Position numbers and translations under genes: made by a program. A stretch of DNA of 64,000 bases from Octopus vulgaris. Taxonomy: Eukaryota. Under the pieces are notes generated by a model that saw nothing but the letters and a program-made list of their open reading frames with translations, had not been told where the DNA came from and did not search any database. Location: NCBI GenBank assembly GCA_951406725.2, contig OX597815.1, forward strand, positions 51,584,001 to 51,648,000, in the 5' to 3' direction. Shown piece by piece: positions 14,070-27,586 of this stretch. Within the stretch, counting starts at the first letter, position 1. Each line of letters starts with the position of its first letter.

Positions 14070-14242
14070 CACCCACACATGACAGGCTACTTTCAGTTTC
14101 TATCTACCAAATCCACTCACAAGGCTTTGGTCAGCCCAAGGCTATAGTAGAAGACACTTGCCCAAGGTGCCATGCATTAGGACTGAACCCGGAACCATGT
14201 GGTTGGTAAGCAAGCTACTTACCACACAGCTACTCCTATGCA
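14070..14242 (-). mobile_element. SINE family A, 5' half
   Basis: Matches the reverse complement of 55779-55945. Confidence 0.9.
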
Positions 14243-14699
14243 CAAACGAAAAACAGACAGAATGACAAGTTAAAAAGCATATAGTAAATGCACAGACGAA
14301 TGGAAAACAGACACAGAAGGCCTTCAATTCTTTATCAGTTTATTGGCCTTATTAATTAATGGAATGCAAAACACCCTTGATTTTATATATATATATATAT
14401 GATACGTACACATATGTATGTGCGTGCATGTGTGTATGAATGTGAATGTCATTGTCGTGTGTCTTTATTAACACTACCTGAAGGTGTTGTTTATTTTTTC
14501 ACTTTTATAGTTTCTCGTAAACAAATGTACAATGCTTTCAGGAGCCTTATCAATTTCGATGTGTGAGGATTAGTGGGATGAAAGTACCTTCCTTAGAAAA
14601 CAATTAAGGGTTGGCAACAGAAATAGTATCTAATAATAGAAAATTTGTCTAGACAAGGTTTGGCTTTTTATTCTCGAAGGATTGATAAATTAAGAGACT

Positions 14700-15002
14700 A
14701 TGACAGTAGTCTCTCATAGTCTGAGAAAGACAGTTCTGGATTTCTTGCTGAACAACCTGCACAAACGATTTGTTTGTAATAATCAAATCTATGTGATGTA
14801 CATGAGTTCACTCCCCTACATCAAATTGATGTTACCTGAGCAGGTGCATGGTGTACCACATGTCAAGTGACAAAGTGATTGCTGAGCAATGTGAGATGAA
14901 GTGTTTTGCTCAAGAACACAATGCATCACCCAGTTCAGGGACTGAAACCACAATCTTATGATCATGGGTGCAGCACCCTAACCACTAGCCCATGTTCTCC
15001 CA
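14700..15002 (-). mobile_element. SINE family C variant
   Basis: gaagtgttttgctcaagaacaca core and tRNA-like head on the minus strand. Confidence 0.7.
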
Positions 15003-15374
15003 TGTAAGAGACTATAATAAATGGTAAAATGGTCAGAGGAATAAATGAATTTATATAACAAAGTCAACCAAAAACAAACATGAAGTCTAAGTTAGTGCAA
15101 ATGTTACATCAGTTTAATCAAAGTTTCCAGTAACGAGGTAGTGTAGAAGGATGTAGTAGGGAGCAGTTAGGATTCAAAATGTGATGGATTAATTGCCATA
15201 TTTTAAATGATTTTGAACATCTTCAAACTTGTTCGACACCAAGAATTAAATAGCTGCATCTTCTCATTAAAAAGTGGTGTACAAAAACTTCAGAAATATT
15301 GTGGGTGCAGATGTTGGTATTTGTTAGTTTCAGAGCTGTGATAGAGATGTTCGCTGATTAGAGGTATTTGGTAA

Positions 15375-15650
15375 TGGCTTATTGACTAGGGGTATTCAAC
15401 TCACAATCGTAAGGTTGTGAGTTCGATTCCAAGCAGTGCATTGTGTCCTTGAGAAAGACACTTTATTTTAAGTTACTCCAATCCACTCAGCTGGCAAAAA
15501 TGAGTTTTGTATGTAATTAATGTCACATTCTGCATCACACTGAATCTCCCTGAGAACTATACTGAGAGTATATGTGTCTGTGGAGTGCTCAGCCATTTGC
15601 AAGGTGGCTGGAACACTCACCATCATAACCAATGGAGTGCCAGTGTGATT
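15375..15650 (+). mobile_element. SINE family C variant
   Basis: GAGTTCGATTCC B box and gtgtccttgagaaagacacttta core; body shared with 41585-41905. Confidence 0.75.
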
Positions 15651-15887
15651 ACTTCCCCAACTCCACCACAAAAAATTTTATTGATGATAGGTTCTTGTTT
15701 GTTTAGTACCAGGAACAGGAACAGAAGTTCCTGCTTAAGAAGACAGGAAGGTTTCAAGCCTGGACCACATCATTCCCCACCAGCAGAGTAAAGTGTTATA
15801 TGAGGGATATTCCAATATGTAGGGGCTCCCTGACTGACTCTTTTCTGCAGTATTTAGAAGACAATGAAGTGTAAATATGAAACTAAT

Positions 15888-16050
15888 CCATGCAGAGAAA
15901 CCAGAGCAAAATTGTGGTCACAGAAGTTAGCATATCTCCAATGTATTGCAGCTATCTTTCATATTTGAGACATCAGAAAATCACAAAAGAAACAGAATAA
16001 TGTTGTAGAATGAAAATTCTTTCCAATGCAATCTTAACACTGAATACCAC
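15888..16050 (+). repeat. Unclassified 163-bp dispersed direct repeat, copy 1
   Basis: Aligns without gaps to 20632-20794 at roughly 90% identity (estimated by eye). Confidence 0.9.
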
Positions 16051-16122
16051 TGGTTTCCACAGATGAGTCTTCTTATTGTTTAACCTTATTGGAATATAGT
16101 ACAAATGGCTGAGAATTCTACT

Positions 16123-16344
16123 GACCCTTTAGCATTCAAGTTCCTCTGTCAATTGTACTCCTTATTTATTCACACTGCTTTGAATTAATCATGCATCGTT
16201 CCATAGCTTCAAGATTTCAATGACATAATTGTTTATTTTTTAAATGATATTGTAGGACAGGTGTGAGAAGCTGGATATGGCTAGTTTGAACATAAAACAG
16301 ACTATTTGGGCTGGATATGGCCAGTTTAAGTGCTAAAGAGTTAA
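16123..16344 (+). mobile_element. piggyBac-like MITE
   Basis: gACCCTTTAGCATT...TGCTAAAGAGTTAA inverted ends. Confidence 0.75.
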
Positions 16345-17085
16345 TGTATTCTCTAAGAAGAATGAGATTGACATGGTTGAACCATTGAATTTCCAGTACA
16401 ATCCAACTAAGAGGCTTCTGCACCAATTCTTCACTCAGAATTTTCAAACTAAATATTTAGGACCCATAAGGACATGATACCAATTCCTATTTGTGCATAC
16501 ATGCATGCGTGCATGCATGTGTGTGTGTGTGCACACCCACAGTGCTAGAGACTCATTGGAAGCTGTCATCATGGGTGTAACACGAGGAACAAATGGAGAC
16601 TACTGAATCCTGGCATACAGTTGCTTTGAAAGCTCATCAAGGCTGTCACTGGTATTTGCTGAATGGATTGTTTCTTTGTTTGTATCAAGTTGAATGTAAG
16701 TCATGTCTTTTTGTTTTGTTTTTCTGTTTAGCTTATTTGTTTGTGTTTGTGATTTGCTTTATTCTTGGTTGCCAGATACAACATGCATAAGCACACCTAA
16801 TTTGAGCACTCAGAACGCATGCTTATTAGTTTGAGTCATCTCAACCTAAACTCCTACCATCCTTGATATGTATGTGTATATGCATGTATATATATATATA
16901 TACATACATGTATGTGTGTATATATATAGAGAGAGAGATACAGTAAGAGGTGGGATATAATATCCAGGCAGATACCGAATTTCTCTGAGTAAAATACCAA
17001 GGCTAGTTCCTTCAGCTGGTGCATTTTTGGGTAAACTTCCTTTAGCTCCCATCCGATGTTGCAGTTTGTTTCTTGGCTACTTAGA

Positions 17086-17141
<56 letters not shown>

Positions 17142-17154
17142 ACATATACACATA

Positions 17155-17585
17155 GGTACAGTTGTGGCTGTGTCATAAGAAGTTTCTAGATTTAACCCCA
17201 CTGCACAGCATCTTGAGCAAGTATCTTCTACTATAGTCCCAGGCCGACCAAAACTTTATGAGTGGATTTGGTAGATAGAAACTGAAAGCCGCTTGTCATG
17301 TGTGTGTGTAGCTGTACTGTCTGCTTGGTTTGACATCATGTAATAAATGTAAACAAATGTCCCCATTATGTAAGTGGTGTCCTCTTTGCACAGTCTTCTG
17401 TGAAAACATATCCGGTTGCAGAAGAAAATATTACCTCACTTAGAAACAAATGAGGCTTCATAATATGGCACCTGGTCATAGAAAGTCCATTTCAACAAAA
17501 TTTAATCTGCCCCATACATGGGAAAGCAGACATAAAAATGAGGATAATGATGAGGACAATGATGATGATGACGATGATGATGATA
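17155..17585 (+). mobile_element. SINE with family-A head and RTE-like (GAT)n tail
   Basis: Head like 55779 onward; tail cttagaaacaaatgagg..cccat..(GAT)n. Confidence 0.65.
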
Positions 17586-18192
17586 TTATTAATGTATGTA
17601 TTATTTTTTTCACATACACAATTACTTACATATTTATATTTTCTATCTAGTGAAACAGTTAAATTTCCAAAACCTGTTACCTATATCATCTAACAGTTAA
17701 TTATATTATATGCACATGATGTTACTCGTAATAGAAATATTTGAAAATAGTTCAAGTGTATATTGGTTATAGAAGTGCTTGTCACTTTTTCAAGAGAATA
17801 AACCAATATGACATTTTTAGAAAATCTCTGAAAGCTTAGCAGTAAGGCAGAAAGAATAAATTGTTTAGCTTTTATGATTATAATTTTTCAGACTATTAGA
17901 TGTTTAGCTCTCGTTATAATTGGCACTTACAGAATATAATCAGATTTGTGCTCAGAGTGAAAATAACAATTAATGGATGAAAATCACTTTATTTTGAAAA
18001 TATAAACAATATCTACAAAGATTGTAAAATGTACGAATAATAATATGTAAATATATATATATATTAAGAAAGAGAGAGAGAGATATGCACACGTGTGCAA
18101 ACATACATGTATATACATGCATATACACAATCACATACATTTTTCACTAGAAAATAAATAAGATACAGTAACTGCTGACCACACACCACACA

Positions 18193-18223
<31 letters not shown>

Positions 18224-18951
18224 CTAAGCAAAGATTTTTACCTAATGAGAAAGCCTCTTTGCAATCACTTGAGCTGTAAGAAATATCAACCAAGTCTGTG
18301 TCAAGTTTTAACCTACATACTCTAAGATGAATGACACTTTGTATAATGTGCTCCTTAGACACTGTGTCTAATAAATGAGCAGAATGACTATGGCTGGAAC
18401 ATGATGATCATAGGACTGCTTGATCAGGGCTAACCTGTGGTTAAACAATAATAATAGCTACTTTCACTAGAGGCAAATCATTTTCCCATACACTAAACCA
18501 TGGTACAACACAAACAGAATACCTTAAAAAAAAAAGTCAAGCATAGAAACGTTAAAACTAAAACACAAATAGATAGGCTCTTAAGATGAAAATAGAGTAT
18601 TTACTCAGTAGAATAATAAAATCATTCCCACTTTGTAACAGAGACTGAACCCTTCGAGTATTTATTTTTATGTTTGGTATACATTTTATTGGCCTCTATT
18701 TCATTGACTCACTAAGCTACTAGGATTTAAAGGAAGACCAACTGCCAGGCAGAGTAACAGCCACACACTCACATGCATGCACATGCACTGCATACATACA
18801 TGCATAATATACATATATATGAATGCATGTATGTGTTTCACTTAGGCATTGCAAGACTAATAACCTAGTGTAGAACTCAATATATGTACACTTCAGAACA
18901 AAGTGTCAGATGAGTATAGAGTGGTAATAAGAAAATGAAATATATATTTAA

Positions 18952-19032
18952 GGCTCTGATGAAGCTATGAGGTGTTACTTAGGCACTCAACTATGAGTCC
19001 ACTGCATCTCATAGCAGAAACAGCAGTAAGCT
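18952..19032 (+). ncRNA. Type I hammerhead ribozyme motif with long stem II (copy 1)
   Basis: GGCT-CTGATGA-A-[GCTATGAGGTG...CATCTCATAGC]-A-GAAAC-AGCA-GTA/AGCT: 11-bp stem II, 4-bp stem I, GUA cleavage triplet. Confidence 0.75.
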
Positions 19033-20631
19033 AATGAAATTTATAAGATAGCCATTTATTCCATTGTCATCTCATTCACTTATACATAGATATACTTGAA
19101 TTCCAAATAAAGTTGACTGACCTGAGACTAAAAAACAAAAACAACATTCCTTCTGTTTAGAAGACATTCGACTATTCTTTCTAAGATTCCACTTCCCCCA
19201 TAGAAACATTTGTGCAACCCCATAATCCCTCATTGAGGTTTGTTCAACACTAATAGCTAGTTCTATAATTACAATCATGGTGTACATAAATGAGGTGAGA
19301 GTTTCTCCCATAGCTGAAAGCCTTTCCTAATGCCAACCACTCAGCTTTGGTACTTATATTTCATGAGGTTGGATTACTGAATTGTGTGATGCTATACAAG
19401 AACAAACACTTTGCCTGGTGACAGAAATTTAATTTCATCAACAAAATAGTCTTCCCTCTAAGCACTGAGCTATGTTGCCTCTTAATAAATCTCAGCAAAT
19501 TTCTCTCTGATAAACCACTTGGTTGGAACTGTCAATATGATTCCCTAGCAAGAAGTGAATCATTATCATATCATGAATATTGGAGCCAAAAACTGATGAT
19601 AGAAAGAAATTATACAGCAAGAACCATTGGCTGAAACATACATTAATATTATTATAATGAAGAGAGCATGTCATAAAGGTTATCAAAATATATATTCCCA
19701 GTACAATATAGCAAACCAAATATTTAAGGGATTAAAGTAATATTGGATCAGAAGCAAAATCTATAAAAATAGGCTTTAAGAAAATTACAAGATTTTTTAC
19801 TGGGAACTTTATTTCTTTGAATTTATTCCTTTTTTTAACAATTTTCTTTACATTTTTATTTTGTTTCATTTTGTTTATTATCCTTTTTCACTTTCTCATA
19901 ATTCCTAATTGAATTAAAATCAACATCAAATCAAACCCCAAAAATGAATAAATATTTTGTTTATGACTTTTTATTGATCATATCCTTAACTGCTCTGCAA
20001 GGAGATGAAACCAATTATAACCTAAAGTGTAGTCTCCTGTAATTGAATCTTAACTCCTTTCCAGAGATTTAATCAGATAAGAAGTTTCCTAAAAATTTAA
20101 TGATTTTGCATGAGAAAGAAAAGAAATAAGGCATAAATAAAATGATAATTATCAACAACCTTAACAATCTAATTGGTTGTTTAAATTTGGGGGCCCCTTG
20201 GATCATTGCTAAATGAGGAAAAAAAACTCTTCGATTTTTTTCAGAATTCTTCAGTATTCAGATCTTTGTGAGTTTCAAGTAGCATTAATTGATTCATATC
20301 ACTTGCAAATAAGGATTTTTTTTTTGTAAGTAACAATTAAAAAAAAGAATTAGTCAAATAAAATAAATAATAGCAGTTTCATTATTTATTTTCTTTTTTG
20401 GATGTTATTTCAGTGATTTTTATTAAATAAAATGACATTTCATGCGTAATGTCACAGAATGTTTATACAAAGTTTTGTCAAATTTTCAAGAAAAGTAGAA
20501 GTTAAGGTTGCAAGATAAGTATTCATCTCACAAGACACGTTCAGAATATCTTGAAGCAGAGTTATGCAAATTTCTAATTAACCTAAAATGAAAGTATGCA
20601 TTTGGGAGAACACCCAGATCAGTGCATTTGA

Positions 20632-20794
20632 CCATGCAGAGAAACCAGAGCAAAATTGTGGTCACAGAAGTTAGCATATCCCCAATGTATTGTGGCTATC
20701 TTTCATGCTCGAGGCACCAGTAAACCATAAGAGAAACAGAATAATGTTGTAGAATGAAAATTCTATCCAATGCAATCTTAACACTGAATACCAC
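20632..20794 (+). repeat. Unclassified 163-bp dispersed direct repeat, copy 2
   Basis: Matches 15888-16050. Confidence 0.9.
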
Positions 20795-20949
20795 AAGAGA
20801 CTGTGATTGATTGCACATATGTTATGATTTGGTGCAGAAACTGTTAGTGGCAAAACACATACACCTTTTGAATTTCTCTACTATATTACACACATACACG
20901 CATACATACACGCACAAATGTATGTATATACACACAAACACACACATCC

Positions 20950-21110
20950 TGACTAAACTATATCACACATATATGTATACGCACACAAACACACACTCTA
21001 ACTTAACTATATCACATACACACACAGGCTTAACTATATCTCATACACACACACATTGACTTAACTATATCACACACACAGTCTTTTTCAACTCTTCTAT
21101 ATCACACATA
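20950..21110. repeat. Degenerate minisatellite: ACTTAACTATATC alternating with (CA)n
   Basis: The motif recurs about 5 times. Confidence 0.7.
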
Positions 21111-22597
21111 CAAGTGCACACACACACGCACACACACACACACTCTCTCTCTCTCTCTTTGACTTCATTATACCATACACACTCAAACACATACTTTGAT
21201 TTTATCTACTATATCATACAAACATATACATAAAGTATTACCTCAAGTTTACTGTATAATATGTCAGAGACCATAGAAAGAAACAGCATATCATTATTGC
21301 AAGTTACACAGAATAGAAATAGTTGAATATAGATCAGATCAGCTTTAGTATAATCTTCACTTTTAATATCACACAAGGATTTTTCCAATAGTTTAATAAG
21401 GAAACTAATGATTTTCATCTTTCCCAAAACAATGGAACACAGAAAAAAATATATTTACAGGGTTTATGTAAAAATAATAAAGTGATTTAGTCTTCAATGA
21501 AATTAAAAATAAACTGAAGAAGTCAGATTTTCATATATTGAAGCAATAGTTTAAACTTTACATTGACTAAATGTTAAGCCCTTCCCTATAACTGCAGCCA
21601 GAATTCATGAGGTTAAAATATAAAAAAAGAATTTTAAATGGTATCTTCTGCTAGAATATAAAGTAGTTACTGCAAGTGGTAGGTGAAATGTCAACAGTCT
21701 TACACAAACTTACCTATAATTAGAAACTAATTACTGTTTTAAATTACAGTTACATTTTTAATAACCATTTAATTAATACAATAAAACTTATCAGTTTGAG
21801 AGAAGAAATGTATCTGTTCAAAGCCAGCCAGAGATATTTTAATGAACATCTCCAGTTTGTTTCAATCCTCTATTTTAATGAATGGAATCCAGTCTTGATT
21901 CCCAATGGTTGTTTGTTATTGTTTTTTTTTTTGTTTGTTTGTTTTTCATTTTATTGTTGTTTTTAGTGCTTTTTAGTTATTTTTCTTTCATCACTTACTG
22001 AGACAGCTGGAAAGGATGGAAGTGTCCTCAAACCAAAGATTTCTCCCAATTTTCATGCAACAGAACAAACTCCACTAAGATATCCAAGAACCAGTGTTAA
22101 ACCAGGAAGCAGATTACAGCTACCACCAAATAGGGATTTGAACTCAAAGAGACAGAACAAATACTGCAAGCCTTCCTGTCCAATGAACTGATGATTCTAC
22201 CAGAGTACCACTCTGGGCTGGTACTTTATTTATAGACCCCAGAAAGATAACAAAATTGACTCTGGTGAGATGTACCTCACTGGCACTCTATTTTATCAAC
22301 CCTGAAGGGATGGCAAAGTTGACTTCAGTGGATTTGATCTCAGAACATAAAGTGTAGGAAGAAATGTCGCAAAGGACTTTTCCAATGCTTTAAAGATTCT
22401 GCTAGTTTGCTGTGCTTTTCAATAATAATAATAATAAAAGCACAAGGCCTCAAATTTGGGGGAGAGGACTAGTTGATTGCATCAATCCCAGTGCATAACT
22501 GGTACTTAATTTATCGACCCCAAAAGGATGAAAGGCAAAGTCAACCTCGGCAGAATTTGAACTCAGAACATGAAGAAAGATGAAATACTGTTAAGCA

Positions 22598-23024
22598 AGC
22601 AGAGGCATGGCTGAGTGGTTCCCAGTTCAGTCCTACTGCATGGCACCTTGGGCAAGTGTCTTCTACTGTAGTCTCAGGCTGACCAAAGCCTTGTGAGTGG
22701 ATTTAGTAGACAGAAACTGAAAGAAGACCATCATATATATATATATGTATGTATGTAGGTATGTATACATTTGTGTGTCTGTGTTTGTCCACCCCCCCAT
22801 CACTTGACAAGCGATGTTGGTGTGTCTGTGTTTGTCCACCCCCCCATCACTTGACAAGCGATGTTGGTGTGTTTACATCCCCGTCACTTAGTGGTTTGGC
22901 AAAAAGACACCGATAGAATAAGTACTGGGCTTACAAAGAATAAGTTCTGGGGTCGATTTGTTCGACTAAAAGCAGTGCTCCAGTATGGCTAGTCAAATGA
23001 TTAAAACAAGTAAAAGAATAAAAG
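22598..23024 (+). mobile_element. SINE family A nested in a SINE B copy
   Basis: Flanked by ttaagca/taaagca (TSD-like). Contains an internal ~47-bp tandem duplication at 22773-22870. Confidence 0.9.
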
Positions 23025-23073
23025 TAAAGCATTTCACCTGGCATGCTAGTAATTCTGCCAGCTCACCACCTTA

Positions 23074-23129
<56 letters not shown>

Positions 23130-23158
23130 TAAAAATAAAAATAATAATAATAATAATT
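23074..23158. repeat. (TAA)n microsatellite
   Basis: Directly visible. Confidence 0.95.
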
Positions 23159-24541
23159 CTAAATTTTAGCACAAGGCCAGCAGTTTCAGGGGAGGGGGTA
23201 AGTTGATTACATCAACTCCAGAGCTCAAATGGAACTTATTCTGTTGACCCTGAAAGGATGAAAGGCAAAGTCAAGCTTGGCAGAATTTGAAATCAGAGCA
23301 TAAAGATGGACGAAATGTTCCTAAACATTTTGTTCAACATGCTAATGATTTTACCAGCTTGCTGCCTTTAAGAAATTTTTGACACAAGGCCAACAATTTT
23401 GGGGAGGGGCTAAGCTGATTAAATTGACCCCAGTGCTCAACTGGTGCTTATTTTGTTGATCCTGAAAAGACAAAAGGCAAAGTCGACCTTGGCAGAATTT
23501 GAACTCAGAACATAAAGACAGACAAAATGTCGCTAAGCATTTTGCCCAGCATGCTACTGATTCTGCCAGTTCTCCATCTTAATAATAGCAATAATAATCT
23601 TTTCTACTATCAGCACAAGGCCTGAAATTCGGGGGAGGGGATAGTCGATTACATCTACTCCAGTACACATCTGGTACTTATTTTATCAACCTTGGCGGAA
23701 TTTGAACTCAGAATGTAAAGACGAACAAAATGCCACTAAATATTTTACCTGGTGTGCTAATGATTCTACCAGCTCACCACCTTAATAACAACATCAACAA
23801 CAACAATGCTTTCTAGTTCAAACACAAGGCCAGCAATTATGAGGGGAGGTCATCAGGCCATAAAATGCCATGATCAAAGGTCATCTCAACTATAGCCACC
23901 TCATTCATCTCCTAACTCTACATTCGCTAATGTTTCTCCCTTTCCAAACTACAGTGTAATTCTAAGGAGAATCAGATTTGACAGCTATTTCTAGCAGACC
24001 AATAAGCTATATAGAGGTTCTTCACATTAACTTGTCAAAGAATATAAGATCATGAAGAGATGATTCAATTTTTGGAATGTTCTTAATAAATTTTTATTTA
24101 AACGTCAGCAAATGAAAATAAGGTTATATAAAAGAAGTACGAAAGAAAATTCTATAATGAAAGCAGCAGAAAATGAGAGAGAAAACTCCATAACGATAGC
24201 AAGAAGTGCTTGCAAAAGAAAAGCAAGACTGATCCAATCTACTTAGACTGCATACACACTATTAAACATTCAAACATTACATGGAATCAGTTATTTAGGT
24301 GTTAATGGTAATACCCATAAAAACAGTATATTGAAGTAATAAACAAAACTTTGTGTTGCTGACCTAAGATTGGAACTCAGCAGGAGATCTTTCATAAATA
24401 ATTGGTTCATTTTCTTAAATGTGTGAAAATTATGAACAAAAGAGAAAAGTTTTAAAAACAACTTTTATCATAGCAAAAGAATACCTTGTCTCACAAAGTT
24501 ATCAATAAAGCATGAAGAGAAAGGGACGAGGGAGAATGAGG

Positions 24542-24572
<31 letters not shown>

Positions 24573-24944
24573 TGTGGGGTGGATGGAGAAAATGCAAAAT
24601 ATGGAGTGCAAGGGAAAGGATTGAGTTAGTCTTGTTGAATTATCTATCGCTGTAAAAATCAATTTATTTCTGAGAGACTATTAGTACAACTATTACAAAT
24701 ATCTAATCAGTTGAACACTAATACAGAATGAAATAACAAAAGCTACTTGAGATATGGATCGACATAAAGGAAGACGAAGAAAAAATAATTAAATTTCTTC
24801 CCTCTTGTCAAGCTCTACCTCCCCAAGCCTCATACCCAATAGTGGCAAGAAGATGAAACGTTACAAAATGATGTTGACCCCATCCCAAAAGTAAAAGATA
24901 ACAATGGAGATGACATACAGGGTGGTTGATGCTATTACCACCAA

Positions 24945-25145
24945 AATTATCATCATCATTATCCAACATCATTATTATTAATATCATTATCCATTTCATT
25001 ATTAGTATTATTATTAATATTAGTATTATTATTATTGTTGTTATGGTTTCTCCAGTTATTTTTGTTATTATTTTCATTTTCATTATTATCATTATTATTA
25101 CCATTATCATTATTATTATTATTATTGCTGTTATTGTTAATATTG
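24945..25145. repeat. Degenerate (ATT)/(ATC) trinucleotide repeat
   Basis: Directly visible; it explains the poly-Ile ORFs. Confidence 0.9.
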
Positions 25146-26532
25146 ATAAAAATACAGCATCCTCAATGATCTTGAAACTAAATGCTCAAACAAAAGATCA
25201 AAACTGCACACGCCCATTTCTCTTGCAAATGACAAAAGAATAAAGCTGCACAAATAGACATCAATGCTGCAGCTATGCAGCTGTGACTCTAACCTTAATA
25301 TCTGCGAAGTGAACTCATCTGAAGATCAAAAACAACAACAACACAAAGTTAGAAAAATTGCTGACACTTCAAAGCAAAAACTAATAGTAAGAAGAGGGAA
25401 CATATCTGCTTGTCAATCGAACACTATCAGTTGTTGCTTCACAGTTAAGGAATCTGCTTTCAATAGCTGAACAAGCAGGTCAATCCCAGCTAGTTAGTGA
25501 AACTTTCACTGAGCAGATTCCTATAATGACAACAAGTTAAATGAAGATCAATGGCTGTTCAATTCATCTTATGTACTAATGACACGGTCCTCTAGTCATT
25601 AAATTGATACCCAGGGTTGGCCTTCTCTCATGTGAAAGATTCAAAAACTTTAAAAAGAATAAATCTAACAAAAATGGTTTTTATGTTTTGTTTTGTTTTT
25701 TGCTTTTTTCAATTAAGAAAGAATTTTCAAAAAAGATTAAACAAACTGTTTTTTAGGTAATTTAATGGTAGGATAACTACGTTTTAATCAATTGAAAGAA
25801 ATTTAGCAAAGACATATTAATTAATTATGATATTTAAAGATGATTTTTTTTTTTTTTCATGAACCTGAAATTTAAAACACCAAAAAATAATAAATATGTA
25901 AAAAATTTGCTGCTGAAATATTACAACTCATATACAAAAAGCTTGAAATCATGATAAGATTCTGTAGCACCACAAACTATTGCATAATTGCACATAATTC
26001 AAATGGAAATAAAAATGCCATTCTCTGAAATGGTTCAGTTTATTTCTTCCTTTTATTCTGTCTTAATGGAAGACTGAAACTAGCAATATACATATTTTTA
26101 TAATATTTATTCTCAGTCTGATTAGAGCTAAGTAAGTCTGCAAAATTGTCTTTGAGCAAAACTTTAATCATTATTGTTGCAAACTGGTTCATAAACTGAC
26201 TTCTATAAACTAATATCATTTCTCTGTTTGATTTTCCTTATGAAATCTCATCACAAGTCTGTTGCTGTCTCCCAGCAACATTGGGATGGCTTCTTAACAT
26301 TGAAACTGCTTTCTTAGTTCACATCAATAACAGATTCTTCAAACTGATGTACAATATTCAATAGATCATATACATATCTGTTTATATATCAAATATGGAG
26401 AGCAATTTATTAGGGGGAAAAAGAATTACATTTGTACAATAAACTGAGAAGACATTACCAATGAGAAAGTTTCCCTGTATATTGCAAAATAGTAATTCTC
26501 TTTTTCCTAAATAAACTGCACTTCATATTCAA

Positions 26533-26612
26533 GGCTTTGATGAAGCTATAGGATGTTATTTAGGCACTCAACTAAGAGTCCACTGCACCGCATAGTAGAA
26601 ACAGCTGTAAGC
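26533..26612 (+). ncRNA. Type I hammerhead ribozyme motif with long stem II (copy 2, C3->U)
   Basis: GGCT-TTGATGA-A-GCTAT...ATAGT-A-GAAAC-AGCT-GTA/AGC with palindromic stem III ACAGCTGT. Homologous to 18952-19032, and the homology extends to ~26655/19072. Confidence 0.7.
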
Positions 26613-27548
26613 AAATGAATTTCATAACATAACCATTGTTTTTCCAGTGTCATCTCTTTTTCTTTTATGTGTGTGTGTGTGTGTGAGGATGTGTTCTTTG
26701 ACTTTACACGAATAAACTCACTATTGAGTACATTTTTGTGTGTGTACAAATTTAAATATATGGATATGTACTTTTAGATATCTACAATCCCACCCACACA
26801 AACACACACATACATGTATGCCAACCCACACTTCAGCTATTTATTAGTGACAGTCTTACTCCTTAGAATTAGATTATCTATGGTATTATATTACATTTCC
26901 TGTTCTTGTTCTTGCTGAAACAACATTGAATAACTACTGCCATTCTGCTACTAGGGAGAGAAAGAAAGAGAGAGGGGGGGAAAGAGAGATGCACACACAA
27001 TGAGAGAAGAGGGGAGAAGTGATAAGGCAGATATTCTGACCACACAAAAGTGTCCACACATCCACTCTGTGCCAACAACCTAAGGCAACAAAACAAAGAA
27101 AAGGGTGCCAGATATTCAGTAAAATATGCCAGGATTAATCTAACACATGTCCTATTGTCCCCAAGGCTGTTGGTGTCTTTGTGTGAAGGCTCTTTTGCAT
27201 GGCAATTCTGCAAGACAGGAAGTGGTTCCTCCCACTCCTCTGATGTATTTACCATTGATAAAAGAGAGAGCACTTCAGCAAATCAAAGTTGTTGCCAAAC
27301 CTACTCACAATATTGGATGTGTCTTGAAAGAGCCCCTTAAGGGATCTTGTCAGTAGGAATTTTCCTCTGCTCTCTTGATGACAGTACAACTTTCAAGAAT
27401 CAACATTTTTTTTTAACCACTCATATAACTAACTATAGCTTATTTGAAATATGGCTTCTATCAATGAAGGCTTAATGAATATCCATATAGTAATAAACAC
27501 AAATCTATATGAGCGTGTGAGAGAGAGTTTACATAGATGTGTGTGTGT

Positions 27549-27586
<38 letters not shown>

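Larger units (their letters stand above)
22130..23850 (-). mobile_element. Cluster of about 6 co-oriented SINE B copies separated by (TAA)n
   Basis: Repeated cacaaggcc..ggggagggg..gattacatc..aaaggatgaaaggcaaagtc..gaatttgaactcag units at ~22270, 22440, 23165, 23380, 23610 and 23820. Confidence 0.9.

Noticed and set aside
14520-14560. Minus-strand UUGAUAA-GGCUCCU-GAAA hammerhead-like string
   Set aside because: Stem III and stem I pairing do not fit an NUH site, so it could be chance.
25264-25470. 68-aa ORF in unique sequence
   Set aside because: No homology cue or splice signals; the length is expected by chance.
26878-27356. Overlapping 131/96/69-aa ORFs in unique sequence
   Set aside because: No recognisable domain or convincing splice boundaries, and part of the region runs through (GA)/(CA) low-complexity sequence.
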